Shown piece after piece: positions 35,261 through 48,949 of a stretch of DNA of 64,000 nucleotides. The position numbers were made by a program, and so were the translations under genes. The stretch's first letter is position 1. Every line of letters starts with the position of its first letter. Source of the DNA: Neoconidiobolus thromboides FSU 785. Taxonomy: Eukaryota; Fungi; Entomophthoromycota. The notes below the pieces were generated by a model. That model was given only the letters and a program-made list of their open reading frames with translations. It did no database searches and was not told the DNA's origin. The stretch spans positions 45,336 through 109,335 of the forward strand of contig MU626320.1 in NCBI GenBank assembly GCA_025603075.1, read 5' to 3'.

Positions 35261-35541
35261 TTCTTTTTCTGTATACTTTTTTTAGTAAAGTATGAGCTTT
35301 AAGTTGAGTTTACTATACTTTTGATCTTTTTGATCAAACTAGCCAATAAAATCAAAGTTGGCGATGCTGAATTATTTTTATAATCAAAATAAAAAATGTC
35401 AATAGTTACATAAATATAGTATAGTAATAAAAATAATGAGTTTTTTATGTATAACGTGTAAAATGATAAGCATATTCAAATACAATAATAAATCGTTTAT
35501 GAAAACAAAATTAGTAATAATTATAAATAACTTTAATAAAA

Positions 35542-36576
35542 CTAATATCGGGCATTTGGCCTATTTAAATATGCATTGAATGCACCAAGTGCAATAGTAC
35601 CAATAACCGAAAATATCATCAGCATGTAAATTAGCTCTTTAGTATGGATGAAAGTAAATAAATTATTAAACAACTGACTTATCAATTGGGCTATAATGGG
35701 AATCCTAAATTAACAATTATTTAAAATCTCAATTGATATATTTAAAATCTTACTTTTCAACATAGTTGTCTTCATAAGCAATACACAATCTCCATCCATC
35801 ACACATCTCAATTATACCTATAACTGGATTTTTACAATCGTTTGCCTCATATTCAGATATACATTTTTCCCTTCTCGCTTGTTTCTCTAAAATTTAATCA
35901 TCAATAAAAACGCGTACTTTAATTACTAATTGTTACCTAATAATTGGAGCTCTGAGTGATGTACAACATCAGTATAAAATGATAAACAAAAAAAACAAAC
36001 AAAAAAGGTAAGCATAGCAGCCACTAAAATTTTAACAAATAAGGTGAACTTAAATCGGTTAGTTTCACTCGATCCATTATTCTCTCTAACTTTAGAAAGT
36101 ACTGTCTCATTAGTATATCTCATGACTTCAAGTTCTTTATCCTATACAATCGATCAACCATTTATTATTGAGTAACAAAAATATTACATCCTCATCATTC
36201 CCAACTTCTTCAAACACATTAAATAAATATTGTGCCCTCAATCTTAAATTCGATGGATTACTCACACCCATCTGCGCATTTTTATCGTTCCCTTGAAATG
36301 GTTCTATTGCAAGCCTCATTTGGCTTTCAGGTATCTCTAAACCCTCTCCGTTTCCAATTCTATTATTCTGAAACATCATGTTTTCAAACTCATTACAAAA
36401 TCTTAACGGCTGGCTATTAAATCTAACTATTAAGTTCAATTAGCTATAAACGTCTAGATCTTATGCTATTTTTTACTCTCTCCATTCTCCGATTGTAATC
36501 CATTGGCTACAAACCTTCCAACTTCTGGCTGAGGGCCTTCTTCCTTGAGAGTTGAGTTGAAAAAATACCTCAACAT
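35542..36576 (-). CDS. BRR6: Brr6/Brl1-family nuclear envelope protein, ~5 exons
   Basis: TM helix, then CISEYEANDCKNPVIGIIEMCDGWRLC (the four-Cys Brr6/Brl1 motif), IAQLISQLFNNL and a second TM helix. Brr6 versus Brl1 is not resolved. Confidence 0.8.
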
Positions 36577-38359
36577 TACAGATAGAGCTGATCAAACCTT
36601 TGTGCTAAGTTTAAAGCTATAATTCTTTACATTTTGCGATTTTAATGAGATTGCCTGAATTATTGCAAAATCTGCAATAGCAGATTTGACTTGATTCAGA
36701 TAATGTTGGGAAATGTAGAACAAATGGTAAGTTGATTAGGAAACTGGATGGGAAAATGGGAATTTGGCAACAAATGAAGTTTCAAAAATACTCTGTTTTT
36801 ATTTATGCAATTTTGTCCCTGAAGAAATAATATTTGATGAAAGAAAATATTTAGAATTTTCGTAGATTAAAATAACATCTAATAATTTATTTATTATTAG
36901 CTGTATAATATACAAATATCAAAATGATAGATTTGTTAAGAGAGGAAGCTCATGTATTCAAAACAACAAAACTAAAAAACAAAAGTCTACACTTATGGCC
37001 TTAAAAATATAAAAGTATTGACATAAATGATAATCTAGTTTAAAGAATATAGTCTAAACTTTACCATATCTATTTAAAAGTCATCCATCATAAAAGATTT
37101 TGAAACTGTCTCCTTAAACTTAGTAACATAAACAAGTTTATTATTCAATTATCTTTTGGCGGTGTTGGGTATCTAAGTTTTATTAATAAATATCCTTAGT
37201 GATTTAAATACTTTTTATCTTGTGTTTTAACAAAATAACCAACAGTTACATTCATTCAGCCTTATGTTATATACAATTCATACAATAAATTATATTAAGG
37301 TTATAATGAACCATTTAAGCTTATAATGAATATATTAAAGCCTATAATGGATATAAATTCTATTAAAAAATAAGATAAAAATAGAATAAAGTAATGAAGC
37401 ATTAATATGCAATTTATATAAACTTTTGATAACCAGAATTTTGTGTATCATTATAACAATGTTTTGTGGATATTAATTATTTTATCTAAATATATAAATA
37501 AAATGTTATATCTGAAACAAATGTTGTCGATTCCTATGTTATTGGATAAATTTTTTAATTAATTTTAAGGCACCTCCACCCTTTGATCACGTTCAAGTTA
37601 ATTAATTACTTGAAGAATTTTCCATAATCTAAACTTTATAAACTTAAATATAAAATAGTGTGATCAATATTAAGCTTTACCCTAAATAATTTCAAACTAT
37701 TTAATTTTTAAATTTTTCTACTATAGTTATTGTTAATACTTATCGCCGAGATGAGTCAACGATGTAAACTCTACCTCACTATTTCCACTAATATTGTACT
37801 TACAACCTTTTTCTCATTTTATTCTCTTATTAACCATAATGACAAGTTATGATACTATTAAATCATTATGATTTATTTAGTAATTCAAGACCTCTTTTTA
37901 TTATAAAGCACTAACTTGAATATTAATATATGATTTTAATTTCCAACTGATTGGACCCTGAAGAATTTTTAATTTTTATAATCTAAAATGGTCAAATGAT
38001 CTTAATTCTATTCGCACTTCAAGGGCAATTTTCTCGAAATTTATAAGCGTTGTTCTACTAAAATGAGCATGAAGTAACGAAATCATAATACTTTCTAATT
38101 CTATTTTAATTTTGACAGTACAGAGATAGGTCAAAATTACTAAAAAGTCAACCTTTCCAATTAATTTAAGAATATGCTTGAAATTGCAGCTCAAGAAGAT
38201 TACTTGCCAAATACTACCAAGTTATCAGATATAAAAGCAATCAATTTTGAATCTTAAAATAAACTGTGATTTTTCCTTCTCCTAGCTAATATTTAAATCT
38301 TTTTTCTTATCAGCTTTTTTATTTTTTTTATCTGATACTCAACTTTTCTAACTTCCCAA

Positions 38360-40574
38360 ATGAAATTTCTAACACTACTATGGCTATCCTGGTGCTTTGT
38401 AACCTTATCTCAAAACACCAAAACAGAGGCCACAATACCACCTACTTTACTTGATGTAACTATACCGAAAGTTGTTATGTATAACTTTAAATTCAGTATT
38501 CAACTGACTTTAAGTAATAAAAATGGTATGCATTTTTATTACTCAACTTTCTTGTTTACTAACTTAATTTTTAGCAAATGGATATTCTAGTTTCGATTAC
38601 AAAATTTTAGAAGGTTCTGAGCTCAGCTCAGCTAAGACTATAGCAACAGGCACTTTAGAGGCCGATGAAAAGAAAGCCCTTCCAGTCAAAGCCAGTATTA
38701 GTCAAGGAGAATATCTCAACGCATATACAATCGACGATTTAGGACTTGAAAGTAAAGTGTACCAAAAGGTTTGGGTAGTATTATCCAAAGATAATGTTAA
38801 CTTTGCTGAATATCATGGTTATACTCACAGTATGCCTGGATGGGTCACTTTGTTACCAATCATAGTGATGTTGGGTGTTGCTTTATTTTCTTCTCAAGCT
38901 ACCATCGCTCTTCTTTTAGGTATCTTTGCCTCAGCCACATTCATCAATGGTTTCAATCCATTAGTGGGATTCTTAAGAACTTTTGATTACTATACCATCA
39001 ATGCTTTAGCAAATCCAGACCATGCTAAAGTTATTATGTTTACTTTCTATTTGTCCTCAGCTGTAGCATTGATTCAAAAGTCTGGAGGTGCTGAAGCTTT
39101 AGCTAGCTCAGTCACTAGCTTTGCTACTACTAGATGGAGAGGCCAATGGGCAGCATTTATCATTGGTATTATCATTTTTATTGATGATTTAACAAGTTGT
39201 ATGGTAGTTGGTGCTAATATGACTGTAGTCACTGATCGCCTCTATTTAAGTCACGAAAAATTAGCCTTTATTGTTCATGTTACTTCTGCTCCACTCACTT
39301 CATTATCTCCCATTTCATCTTGGATTGGTTTCACTTTAGGTTTAATTGCAACTCAATTTCAAGTTTTGAAGATTGATAAAGAACCTTTCCTTTTTTTCCT
39401 AAGTACCATCCCATCTCGTTTCTTCCCAATCCTTGCTATTGTTTTTTGTGCTCTTTGTATGATTTTACGTAGAGATTTTGGTATCATGTTAGATGCTGAG
39501 CGCAGAGCCTACTTCAACAAAGTAGTTGTAGAATCTGATTCTTTGATTATCGATGAAGTTGTTGATGATCCTTTACTTCCACCAAAGAATGCACCAAAGA
39601 GATTAATTAACTCTGTTCTTCCAATTTTAACTGTTGTCATTTTAACCATTACTGGCATTATGATAACTGGCTACTATAACTTAATGGACAAAGTTGACCA
39701 AGGTGCAGAAGGAGTTACATTTGATTCTGCTTCTATTGCAGGTGCTGGTGATTCTTATGGTGCTTTACTTTATGCATCCTTCTTTACTGTGATTGAATGT
39801 TTAATCATGTATAGAATCCAAAATATTATGAGCTTTCAATTGGGAATAGCAACTGTAATGTATGGTGTAAAAGATATGGTAGAAACTATGTTAATTTTAG
39901 TATTTGCTTGGGGTGTAGGTTCCTGTTTTGAAGATATGGGTGTACCAACCTTTATCGTATCCGCTTTGTCTGGATCTATCAATCCAGGTTTAATACCATT
40001 TTTATGCTGTATATTATCTGCACTCATGTCCTTTACCACTGGTACTTCATGGGGTACTATGACTATTATGCTTCCTTTAGCTATGCCATTAGCCCATGCT
40101 GCTTCCACTGATGAAAATTTGATGATTTATACTGTATCTGCTGTACTTTCTGGTGGTATCTTTGGTGATCTTTGTTCCCCAATTGCCGCTACTACTATTC
40201 TTACCTGTACTACAGTTAAAATCCCAGTAAGATCCCATGTTAACTCTCAACTTCCTTATGCTGCTGTAGCACTCATTGTCAGTTTATTTTTGGGCTATTT
40301 ACCTGTAGGCTTTGGTGCATACCCAGATTGGGCTGGACTTTTAATTTGTATTGGTGCTTTAGTGGTTATATTGTTTGTACTAGGAGTACCCACTGAATCT
40401 ACTTGCTTATCTCGTTGGGAATTTGTGTGCTGGAAGTTATTTAAAAGAGCACCTACCAGCGATTATGGAACTGGATCCGCTAGCTCGGTCCCTTATCCAG
40501 GTAAAAGAGAAGGCGAAGATTCTTTGGAAAAAGGAGTGAATCAAGATGAATTCGTCAATAATAACCTTTCTTAA
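38360..40574 (+). CDS. Bacterial-type Na+/H+ antiporter NhaC-like family transporter with N-terminal signal peptide and extracellular domain (intron 38526-38574)
   Basis: GWVTLLPIIV, IFIDD, LSHEKLAFIV..TSAP...PISSW, MSFTTGTSWGTM and GGIFGDLCSPI are NhaC-like family motifs. About 12 TM segments. Exon 1 joins exon 2 in frame via GTATGC...TTAG. Confidence 0.85.
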
Positions 40575-41062
40575 ATTAACTAACCTTTACTAAACTTGAC
40601 TATATTTAAGCTCTTTCTGAACAACCAAAATATACAAGATGTAGCCTATTCCATTTAATGGTGTAAAAGTTTTTTTGAATTAATAAAAAAACATTTTTAA
40701 TATTATATTTTACTATTTTCTCATAATACTATAAATGACAAATTGTTTTTTTAACTATAGAAATCCAACGTTAACTAATACGGTTGTGGCTCATAGGAGT
40801 GATACGTGGTAGCTTTAATTATTGGCATAATCTATACTATAAAACTACTCATACCAATTCATTATTAATGTATCTTCTTAAGCTTTAAGTATAATGTTAA
40901 AAATACACCGCTATGAAAAAGAAATCAAGGCATGATATAATGATTAAATCTTAATTTTTGCCAGGTATTAAAAAAGGAGAAATAAAAAATTTAAAGAAGA
41001 TTTAAATCAGAATAAAGTTTGTATCATAAATAATATATTAAAAGCATATTACAATTACATAA

Positions 41063-41165
41063 TATGATGATGTTTTTTTGATTTCATCACTTTTTCCATT
41101 TTTAAGCGTTGTTTAAGTGGGAAGATTGTTAGTGAAATTCTCAAACAAAAAAATACATCCTCATA
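41063..41165 (+). mobile_element. MITE family 1 copy
   Basis: TA-TGATGATGTTTTTTTGATTTCATCAC...AAAATACATCCTCA-TA. Confidence 0.75.
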
Positions 41166-41656
41166 TAATGCTTTAATTTCATTTAAATTTTCATAGTTTA
41201 TTATTTATTACTCTATTAAATTGTCTAATGGGTTTTTATTTAGTTTTGTTATTTTAGCTAAAGTCTGATATCATTTTTATATTGTCGATAAAAGTCTAAT
41301 ATTTGTTTGATTAGAAATAATGTATTTGATGATATAATCTTAATTTAAAAACGAATCAAGACTCATACAAATTTAGAGAATAAATATATAAGTATTAGTT
41401 ACAATGTAATTAAGACACTCTTAATTTAATATTGAATATTTTATAACTATATAACCAAAAAAATAGAGAGCTACTGTATTAATATTTAAAAATTAGAAAA
41501 AAATCTTTATACTTATTTTAATTACATCATTCTTGTCTTGATTTCGCTGTTTTACCATTTGATTATAAAATCCAAATAAACACCATCACTTTAAAAAATT
41601 TATAGTAGAACTTAAATAAACATATAATTTATCAGTATAACTTTATTCATTGATTT

Positions 41657-43565
41657 TTAAAAGCATAGATATCGATTGCTCTCTCTGGTGTATTGACCAT
41701 ATATATTTTAGATTCCAATTCTTTATCATCTTTTAACTTAAAATTAAAACTATAAGCTAGTGATGCAGTAGCTAAATAAAGTTCCATCCAAGCCAAACTA
41801 GAATATAAAATTATAGTAATTAATTTATATAATAATAAAATAATATGTTACCTTCTGCCTAAGCATGCTCTCGGGCCAATTAAAAAGGGCATAAAGTTTT
41901 TATGACTTTGAAATTTGCCATTTTGGTCAATCCATCGCTCTGGCTTAAATGCATTAGGTTCTTCCCAGTAATCTGGATTGTTTTGAAGATGATTTATATC
42001 AATTATAGCAATGGTCTATGTTAAAATGACGTCAATTATTATTTAAATAAAATTTCAAAGAATACTTTTTCAGGGATAAAATAGCCTTCAATCATTTTAC
42101 CACCTTTTGGAAAAACTCGAGGCAGACCGCCAGGTACAACAGGGAACATTCTCATGCTTTCATAGATTACAGCGCGTAGATAATCACATTCATCTTTGCA
42201 TCTAATATAATTAATTTGATTCAAATTCGAAAATTGTTCTTTTAATTCATTTTTTAGCTTTATATAAACCTGTGGATGTTTTGCTAAAAGATAAAAAACC
42301 CTGGAAAATAATTCAGTATTAATATATAGTTTGCATTTCTAAACAATACCAAGTTAACGAATTAGATGTTGTATCGATTCCTGCAACTCTATTTAATTTT
42401 GTTAGTAAGATCATAATTTATAATCATCATTCTTACAATTGTAATATTGACTCTTCTACTATTTCTTTTTCACTAAGTTTTTTTCCTGTATCTGGATCGG
42501 ACGCATTGAGTAATGTGCTCAAAATGGTAGTCCTATTAGAATTTATTTTTCCTCTCTCAACGGCTTCATATGAGAACTAATAAAGTATTGTTAACAGCAT
42601 TCTTACTTAATGAAAATAGTTACTTTATAAAGCTGAGTTATACTGTTAAATTTATAATATCTTAAAAACGGAAATAATGCAACCTTGAGATAGTATTTAA
42701 TACTGTTATCGTTTTTTACTGCTGCTATTGCTTGATCTTACCACAAGAGATATAATAAAATAGTTCTTAATCCAATCAATGACAGGATGATGACCATTTT
42801 TTAATGTGTCAAAGGATTTACCAAACACCAAATCACCAATGACATCCTATTAAAGATGTTAATAATATAAGCTCTACAGATGGTGATAATATTACAAATG
42901 AAAAACAATGAAAGTAAAGGCCTAAATTAAAATCTTTTTTATCTGAGCTCATCTCTCCAATCTTTGTAACTAAATTGTTAACATTTTCTTTTACTAAGTA
43001 CTCTACTTCTAATATTGATTTATCTGAAAAACTTGATGCAAGGATCTTTTTCTGATTTGTTTTTAATAATCAATTTCTATTCATGTAAAACTAGTTACTC
43101 TTTCACGATGAAATTTGGTATTTCTATATAACTTTAGCTTAGTAGTTAGTAACCTGATAATAGCTCTATTTACCTTGTGCTAAATAATGTCTCGCCTGTA
43201 ATTTGAAAGCCATTATAAAAAGAGTCTTTTTCAAAAGAATAAGTTGAGTACACTTCTTTTACTGTTTCATCGGATGCGATGGATATAACATCCCAACCTA
43301 ATAAATTTTCACTTCAAGTTATTAGTAAGGTAATAGAATTACTTATTCGAACAACGTTCCCATATTTTTGGTGCAATCTTGCTGAATGTAAATGATTCGT
43401 ACCAGTGAACATATAAATAAAGTTAGTCATTGGGAAAATCATGTTTATTAATGGGCCTGGAACTTTTTTTAATGGATTAAAATATATATTATATATTATA
43501 TTATAAGCCCAATAAGCTAGTGAAGTGATTATAATATAACTCAGTGCTAACGTAAATGTAATCAT
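41657..43565 (-). CDS. Cytochrome P450 monooxygenase, 11 exons, apparently intact
   Basis: N-terminal TM, PLKKVPGP, I-helix AGIDTTS, ExxR (ESMR), PERW and heme motif FLIGPRACLG. Exons splice in frame. Confidence 0.92.
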
Positions 43566-44168
43566 TTTTTTTTTATTTTTTTACTCATTTTTTTAAAGTA
43601 ACTTTATTTATACTTGTCAGTTTTTGGGAAAGGGTTAAAAACCCCCATAGAATAAGGGTTTTTCAAAAGCCTCTATTTGTTTGAAAACATACTCACCCCT
43701 TACATAAAAAGTCACGCTTTCAATTTAAAATTGTAATCATTTCTATTTTGTATTTACTTGAAAATAAATAAAAATTATAAAATTAAGTCATATATTTGCA
43801 CTTTATTTTATTTTATTTATATAATTATAAGTTGAGCTGTTAGTTAGTAATATCAACAATTAAACTCAAAAGTTCAAAGTTAAAAAATACCTATACTTCT
43901 ACTGCGTTTAAGCCGAAAACTAAAAGTTTACTGCCATAAAGCTTGTATAAAATGGTGAAATGATACGATATAATCTTATTGAAATTTAAACTAATGATCT
44001 CAGAAAACATCAGTTAATATTGACTTATCAAAAATCATACTTTATCCTAGTTTTTGGGCATAATACCGAATTTTTTAAAATTTAATTGTAGATACTTTGT
44101 CAAATAATAAAGTTATGTTAAAGCAGATGGTATAGAAAAATATATTAAAATGTTAAAAAATTGATACT

Positions 44169-45851
44169 TTATTTTATTTTCTTATTGTCAATATAATGAG
44201 TTTTTGATCGAATAGTGGATATTAATTTAGCTACAATAAAGTAACTAATTTTAGCCATAAAAAATAGTATAAGCCCTATTATTAAAATATTAGCCAGGTA
44301 GATATCCAGATTATATTTTATAATAGGATTCAACTTCATAGCAGGATGTATAAGATGGCTTAACTCACAAGGAATAGTATCTTTATTTGGATTGAATGGA
44401 CTAAAGGGTCTGCATAACTTAGCAAGTTCAATATGATTGATAACAATGCTTGCAGCATATTCGATTCTTTTTTCAGGATCTCTAGTAATTAATTGATATT
44501 TCTTACTATTCGATTTGTACTTTCCGTCTTTATCTTCAAGGATAAGTTTAATTTTATCAATGACCATTTTACTTTGAATATTATCTGAATCTACATGAGC
44601 ACCAATCCCCATTTCCTCAATTTTTTTACTATTTCTTGGCTGGTCACCTAAGATAGGTACACATAAAATAGGAGTTGCTGTCATAGTAGCTTCAGTGATG
44701 GACTCTAAGCCGCCATGTGATATAAATAGCCTTGTATTTTTATGATTTAGAATTGAATATTGAGGTGCCCATTTTAATAATTTGATGTTAAAATATTCAT
44801 TGTTTAACAGCTTTTCTCTATTATAGATTTTGTTACCGACTTTGATTTCTTCGGGCAGTCCCTTGAATTCTGTTCTACCTAGTCCCCATACCACTCCATC
44901 AACCACTTTAGTTTCAATAGAATATAATATCGAATATAATAATTTATACACTGTTTTTGCATCTAATTCGGCATATGAGCCAAAGGCAACGTATAATATC
45001 TTGTCATGATTATCTAATAGTTCAGAAATACCAGAGCCACCATTGTCGTTCATAGATATATCCTTAGGTACTTTTGACAAAGGACCAATAAGATGCAAAT
45101 TGGAAGGTAACTTTGAGGGTACTTCAAAACCAAAAAATGTATTAGCGATACCTAAACCATATTCTAAATCACCAAATATAACACTACTCTTTATGTTATG
45201 TTTCTTACGACTTTTACTTAACTCTTGGGTTATTTTTAAGAATGTAGGCATACCTTTTACTGGATTGATAAATTTATATTGATATCTTTCAAAAAAGTTT
45301 GAATTTTGTATTGTTAATGGGCCATAACCATCGGTGGTAGTTTTGTATCCCTCCATTAATTCAGGTATAAAATCTATTGTCTGAAAACCTACAACTAACG
45401 GTATTCCTTTTGCCTTAGCTACATCTTGACATGCAGTAGCCATAAAGTCACAAATAAACAAATCAAAGTTAGTTTCAGTACTTAATTGGAATAATTGTTT
45501 ATAGTTTATCTGATGAAATCTCGACATAATTGTTGGTATTTGGGATAAAAAGTGTTGATGAATTTTCCTAGTATTTAATTCATTGCCAAAGTTTTTCACT
45601 AAGCTTATATCGGTAAAAAATTTGATGTCTCCTTCTAATCCAACCTGTGTTACATTGTACCCTTTACTAAACTTCATATTAGCCTTTTGACTAGCATATA
45701 CAATTTCATGGCCTAATGTACTTAAATGTTCACTTATTTCTAATACCCCTTTGATATGGGATCGTGTAGCAGCATCGCAATGGATCAATATTCTATAAGT
45801 TGATACCAAGTTGATCAAATAACAGTATAATATTAATTGAAAAGTATTCAT
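44169..45851 (-). CDS. UDP-glycosyltransferase (GT1), membrane-anchored type, intronless
   Basis: Signal peptide, RSH catalytic His region, WAPQYSILNHKNTRLFISHGGLESITEA signature, PILGDQ, C-terminal TM and terminal KKIK. Confidence 0.93.
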   Translation of the reverse strand: MNTFQLILYCYLINLVSTYRILIHCDAATRSHIKGVLEISEHLSTLGHEIVYASQKANMKFSKGYNVTQVGLEGDIKFFTDISLVKNFGNELNTRKIHQHFLSQIPTIMSRFHQINYKQLFQLSTETNFDLFICDFMATACQDVAKAKGIPLVVGFQTIDFIPELMEGYKTTTDGYGPLTIQNSNFFERYQYKFINPVKGMPTFLKITQELSKSRKKHNIKSSVIFGDLEYGLGIANTFFGFEVPSKLPSNLHLIGPLSKVPKDISMNDNGGSGISELLDNHDKILYVAFGSYAELDAKTVYKLLYSILYSIETKVVDGVVWGLGRTEFKGLPEEIKVGNKIYNREKLLNNEYFNIKLLKWAPQYSILNHKNTRLFISHGGLESITEATMTATPILCVPILGDQPRNSKKIEEMGIGAHVDSDNIQSKMVIDKIKLILEDKDGKYKSNSKKYQLITRDPEKRIEYAASIVINHIELAKLCRPFSPFNPNKDTIPCELSHLIHPAMKLNPIIKYNLDIYLANILIIGLILFFMAKISYFIVAKLISTIRSKTHYIDNKKIK

Positions 45852-47280
45852 TATTTTAAAGCCACTAATTTTCTCTATCGTTTAATTTATACTTTTCAAT
45901 TTTATATTAGTTGCTTTTAAACTTTTATTCAAATAGATCAAGTTTGAATTTCGATTCTCCTAATCTTTAGGGCTCTACTTTTTCCATGGGTAAACATTGT
46001 TTAAAGTTACTTTATATAGCATTATTTTTATGTTTTATCTAAAAGCATATCAGCTTTTATAGAGTTGCTTGATCTTTATACTTTTCATGAATTTAAGATC
46101 AGTAAACACATACCAAATCATTCAAAATAAAGATAAAGGCTTAAATATTCAATTTCTAATTTAAAACGATATTTAAGCAGACTTTAACTATCATTCACAC
46201 CAAAAAGCTTAGTTACAATTTAGTTACACTTTAACATTGTATGTAACTTTATAATGACTATTAATAAGCCATTTATCAAACTGTAATTATACCATGAAAA
46301 GATATTCATTCTTATCAGAATAACATAATTCGTACTGAATCCAAAAAAGTTAATTTTTTAGCAACTCTAATTTGTTCGGTTTACAGCTGTTACAATCCTA
46401 TTATGACCCAATTAACTATTAATTTAAAAGTAATGTTTTTTTACTAAAATTAGACTAAATATAAATACCAGGGGTTTAAAGATTAAACAAACAAAAACAA
46501 CTCTAAAAATTATTGCAAATTTGGTTTCAATAGAGTTAGAGTAGCTATAAAAACCAACTATAAATCTATATTTTTTTAATTTGGATACCAGTCTTGACCC
46601 CTGCCGGTTAAACTAATTATACATGTAATGAAAGTTAATAATAACTTAAAATCGATTCATTTATTTTTATTTTTTTACTTATTTTAACCATATTTAGCAC
46701 ATATAAATAATAATAGTAATAGAAGGAACAACATTTTTGATTGTAATGTAAATCCCAAACCAGCAGCAATTTTGACTAGAGTATTAGGTTTATTGTAAAT
46801 GGTATTAGTATTTCCATGAAGTTTGCCATTGCTTTAAACTTTCCTGCAAGCTTAAAAACCCATTAAGTAAATTCAGTTCATTTTCCCTTATTACATTTAA
46901 TATTAATAACCCTTTATGGTTTACTACTAGCTTTTCATCTCTGTCATTTAAACCCATATTACTAATACATGATATGTGATTTATTGAATGCTGTTTCGAA
47001 TAAACATAAACTAGTTAGATTCTCAATTAGATATAAATATTAGCTAAGTTGATCCATTATGTCTATATTTGTACTTATGAGATAGGGTTTTAAATTAAGA
47101 TAGAAAAATGCCTTGCAATTAGATGTTTTATTTTAATCGGGTTAATTTTTTTAGCATAAATTCAAGAATTATAGCTTTAGAATAACCTTGATTTCATGTT
47201 AAAATAGTTTAACTACGAATTAAACATAATGAAAACATCTAACTGCAAGCTGCTCTATCAGATTCATTTCTAATTCAACA

Positions 47281-47379
47281 TATGAGGGTGTGTTTTTTGA
47301 TTTAATCACTTTCCACCTTTTGGGCGCTATTTGTATGGAAAAGCTATCAATAAAATAAACAAAAAGATATGCTCTTATA
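47281..47379 (+). mobile_element. MITE family 1 copy (degenerate)
   Basis: TA-TGAGGGTGTGTTTTTTGATTTAATCAC...GGCGCTATTTG... Confidence 0.65.
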
Positions 47380-47424
47380 TAAAGTTGCTATTGTTTTTTT
47401 GATACCTCGATAGAATAACTAATA

Positions 47425-47525
47425 TATGGGTATGTATTTTTCTGCTTAAGAATTTTGCTGATAAAATTTTCCGCTCAAATAACACTTAAAAACGAAAGAA
47501 TAATAAAAATAAAAAACACCTCATA
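47425..47525 (-). mobile_element. MITE family 1 copy (degenerate)
   Basis: TA-TGGGTATGTATTTTT...AAAAAACACCTCA-TA. Confidence 0.65.
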
Positions 47526-48132
47526 TTTTGATATTAAATATTTTGAGTTAAAATAAAAGCTATAAACTGTTATTAGTAACATTAATAATAATTTTTTGAA
47601 CTATTATTTGATTATAGTTATAAGTAGGGAAGCTGGTTTTTTATATTAGGATTTTTTAAATTATAATTTAAGCAGTTATTAAAATGATTTTTTAACTCTT
47701 TTGTTATATAATTCTTTTTATATTTGATAATTTTTCTTAATAAATGTTAAATAGTTTTTTAAACATTTTATATATTTATATTGAAGCTATTATCATTTTA
47801 AAAATAATTAATAATAAATTCCAATTTTTATTTAAATTATCAATATTTAAATTTTATTTTGCAACATTTTTCAAATAAACTTGAACTAATATTTTACCTT
47901 TTATACCTTTTATACCTTTTTTATACTTTTTTTAATTTAGTTATTTATTATAAACTTTTATTTAAACAAAATTCTAATTATTCTTGTATTTTGTTTTAAT
48001 AAATTTGATTTTTTTATCAGTAGTTTAAGTTTATTAGTAATACAGTTAATATATTTTTTATAATATAATAAAAATATTTAGTTAATGAAATTGATATGAA
48101 AAAAATCAAAAATTAAAATATAGTTGAAATAA

Positions 48133-48236
48133 TATTTGAGAGTATTTTTTTTGATTTCATTACCTTTCCATTTTTTAAGCGCTATTTGAGTGGAAAAATT
48201 CTTGGTAAATTCTTAAACGAAAAAAATACATCCCCA
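48133..48236 (+). mobile_element. MITE family 1 copy
   Basis: TTTTTTTTGATTTCATTACCTTTCCATTTTTTAAGCGCTATTTGAGTGG...AATACATCCCCA. Confidence 0.75.
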
Positions 48237-48319
48237 TTTTTTTATATTCTAAATAATACTTAAATAGTATAATTTAAATTTAAATTTTCATAGATTATTA
48301 TTAAAAATCAATTTATTAT

Positions 48320-48678
48320 TGTGAAATCTGGTACTCAGTGATTAGAGTCAAAAACAGCTATTGCTTGGTTGACTACACTATAAGTCGAAAGGCCTTAGTT
48401 TATGTGACTAAGATAGGCTTGAATTATGAAGAATAGCACGTAACAGGCTACGGACTATGTAAGACAAATAGAATAGACAATACTGATGTAAAGTCTGCGT
48501 AAAATGCTATTAAGAAAACTTGGTGGCTTTATTGAATGTTCAAGATATCAGGGAATAATTCAGTTAAAAAGTTTTGAGCTACTATGTTTTAGAATCTCTT
48601 TTATACTCGACAAGTATATATATCAAGGCGATTATTATGCTATAATTAACTATGGGACTAACAGAGTGATATTTCACA
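48320..48678 (-). mobile_element. Solo-LTR-like element, copy D (359 bp, ~100-bp internal deletion)
   Basis: TGTGAAAT...ATTTCACA ends. Closest to copy B in sequence. Flanks TTAT/TTTA (imperfect TSD). Confidence 0.85.
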
Positions 48679-48740
48679 TTTATAATGTTTAAAAATCAAT
48701 TAAGTATTTTTGTAAATTAGTAATTATAAAAATTAAATCA

Positions 48741-48828
48741 AGATGTTTTTTGATTTCATTACTTTTTTCTATCTTTTAAGCGGAAAAATCGTTAATAAAA
48801 TTCTTAAACCTAAAAATACATCTCCATA
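48741..48828 (+). mobile_element. MITE family 1 copy (truncated)
   Basis: GATGTTTTTTGATTTCATTACTTTTTTC...AAAATACATCTCCA-TA. Confidence 0.7.
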
Positions 48829-48949
48829 TAATAAAATAAGACAAATAATAAGAATAAGCTTTATTATAAAAATAAAAAATAACAATGCTTAAGTATAATT
48901 ATTCAAATAAGCTAATAACTAATAATTTAGTTTTATCATTAAAATAACA

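Noticed and set aside
37976-38194. 72-aa minus-strand ORF upstream of the NhaC-like gene
   Set aside because: Non-ATG start, no motif, and no convincing flanking exons.
46690-46990. Minus-strand frame weakly resembling the UGT C-terminal region
   Set aside because: Similarity is marginal, the UGT signature is absent upstream, and it may be chance.
48504-48692. 62-aa ORF
   Set aside because: Lies within solo-LTR-like copy D and is not conserved as an ORF in copies A-C.
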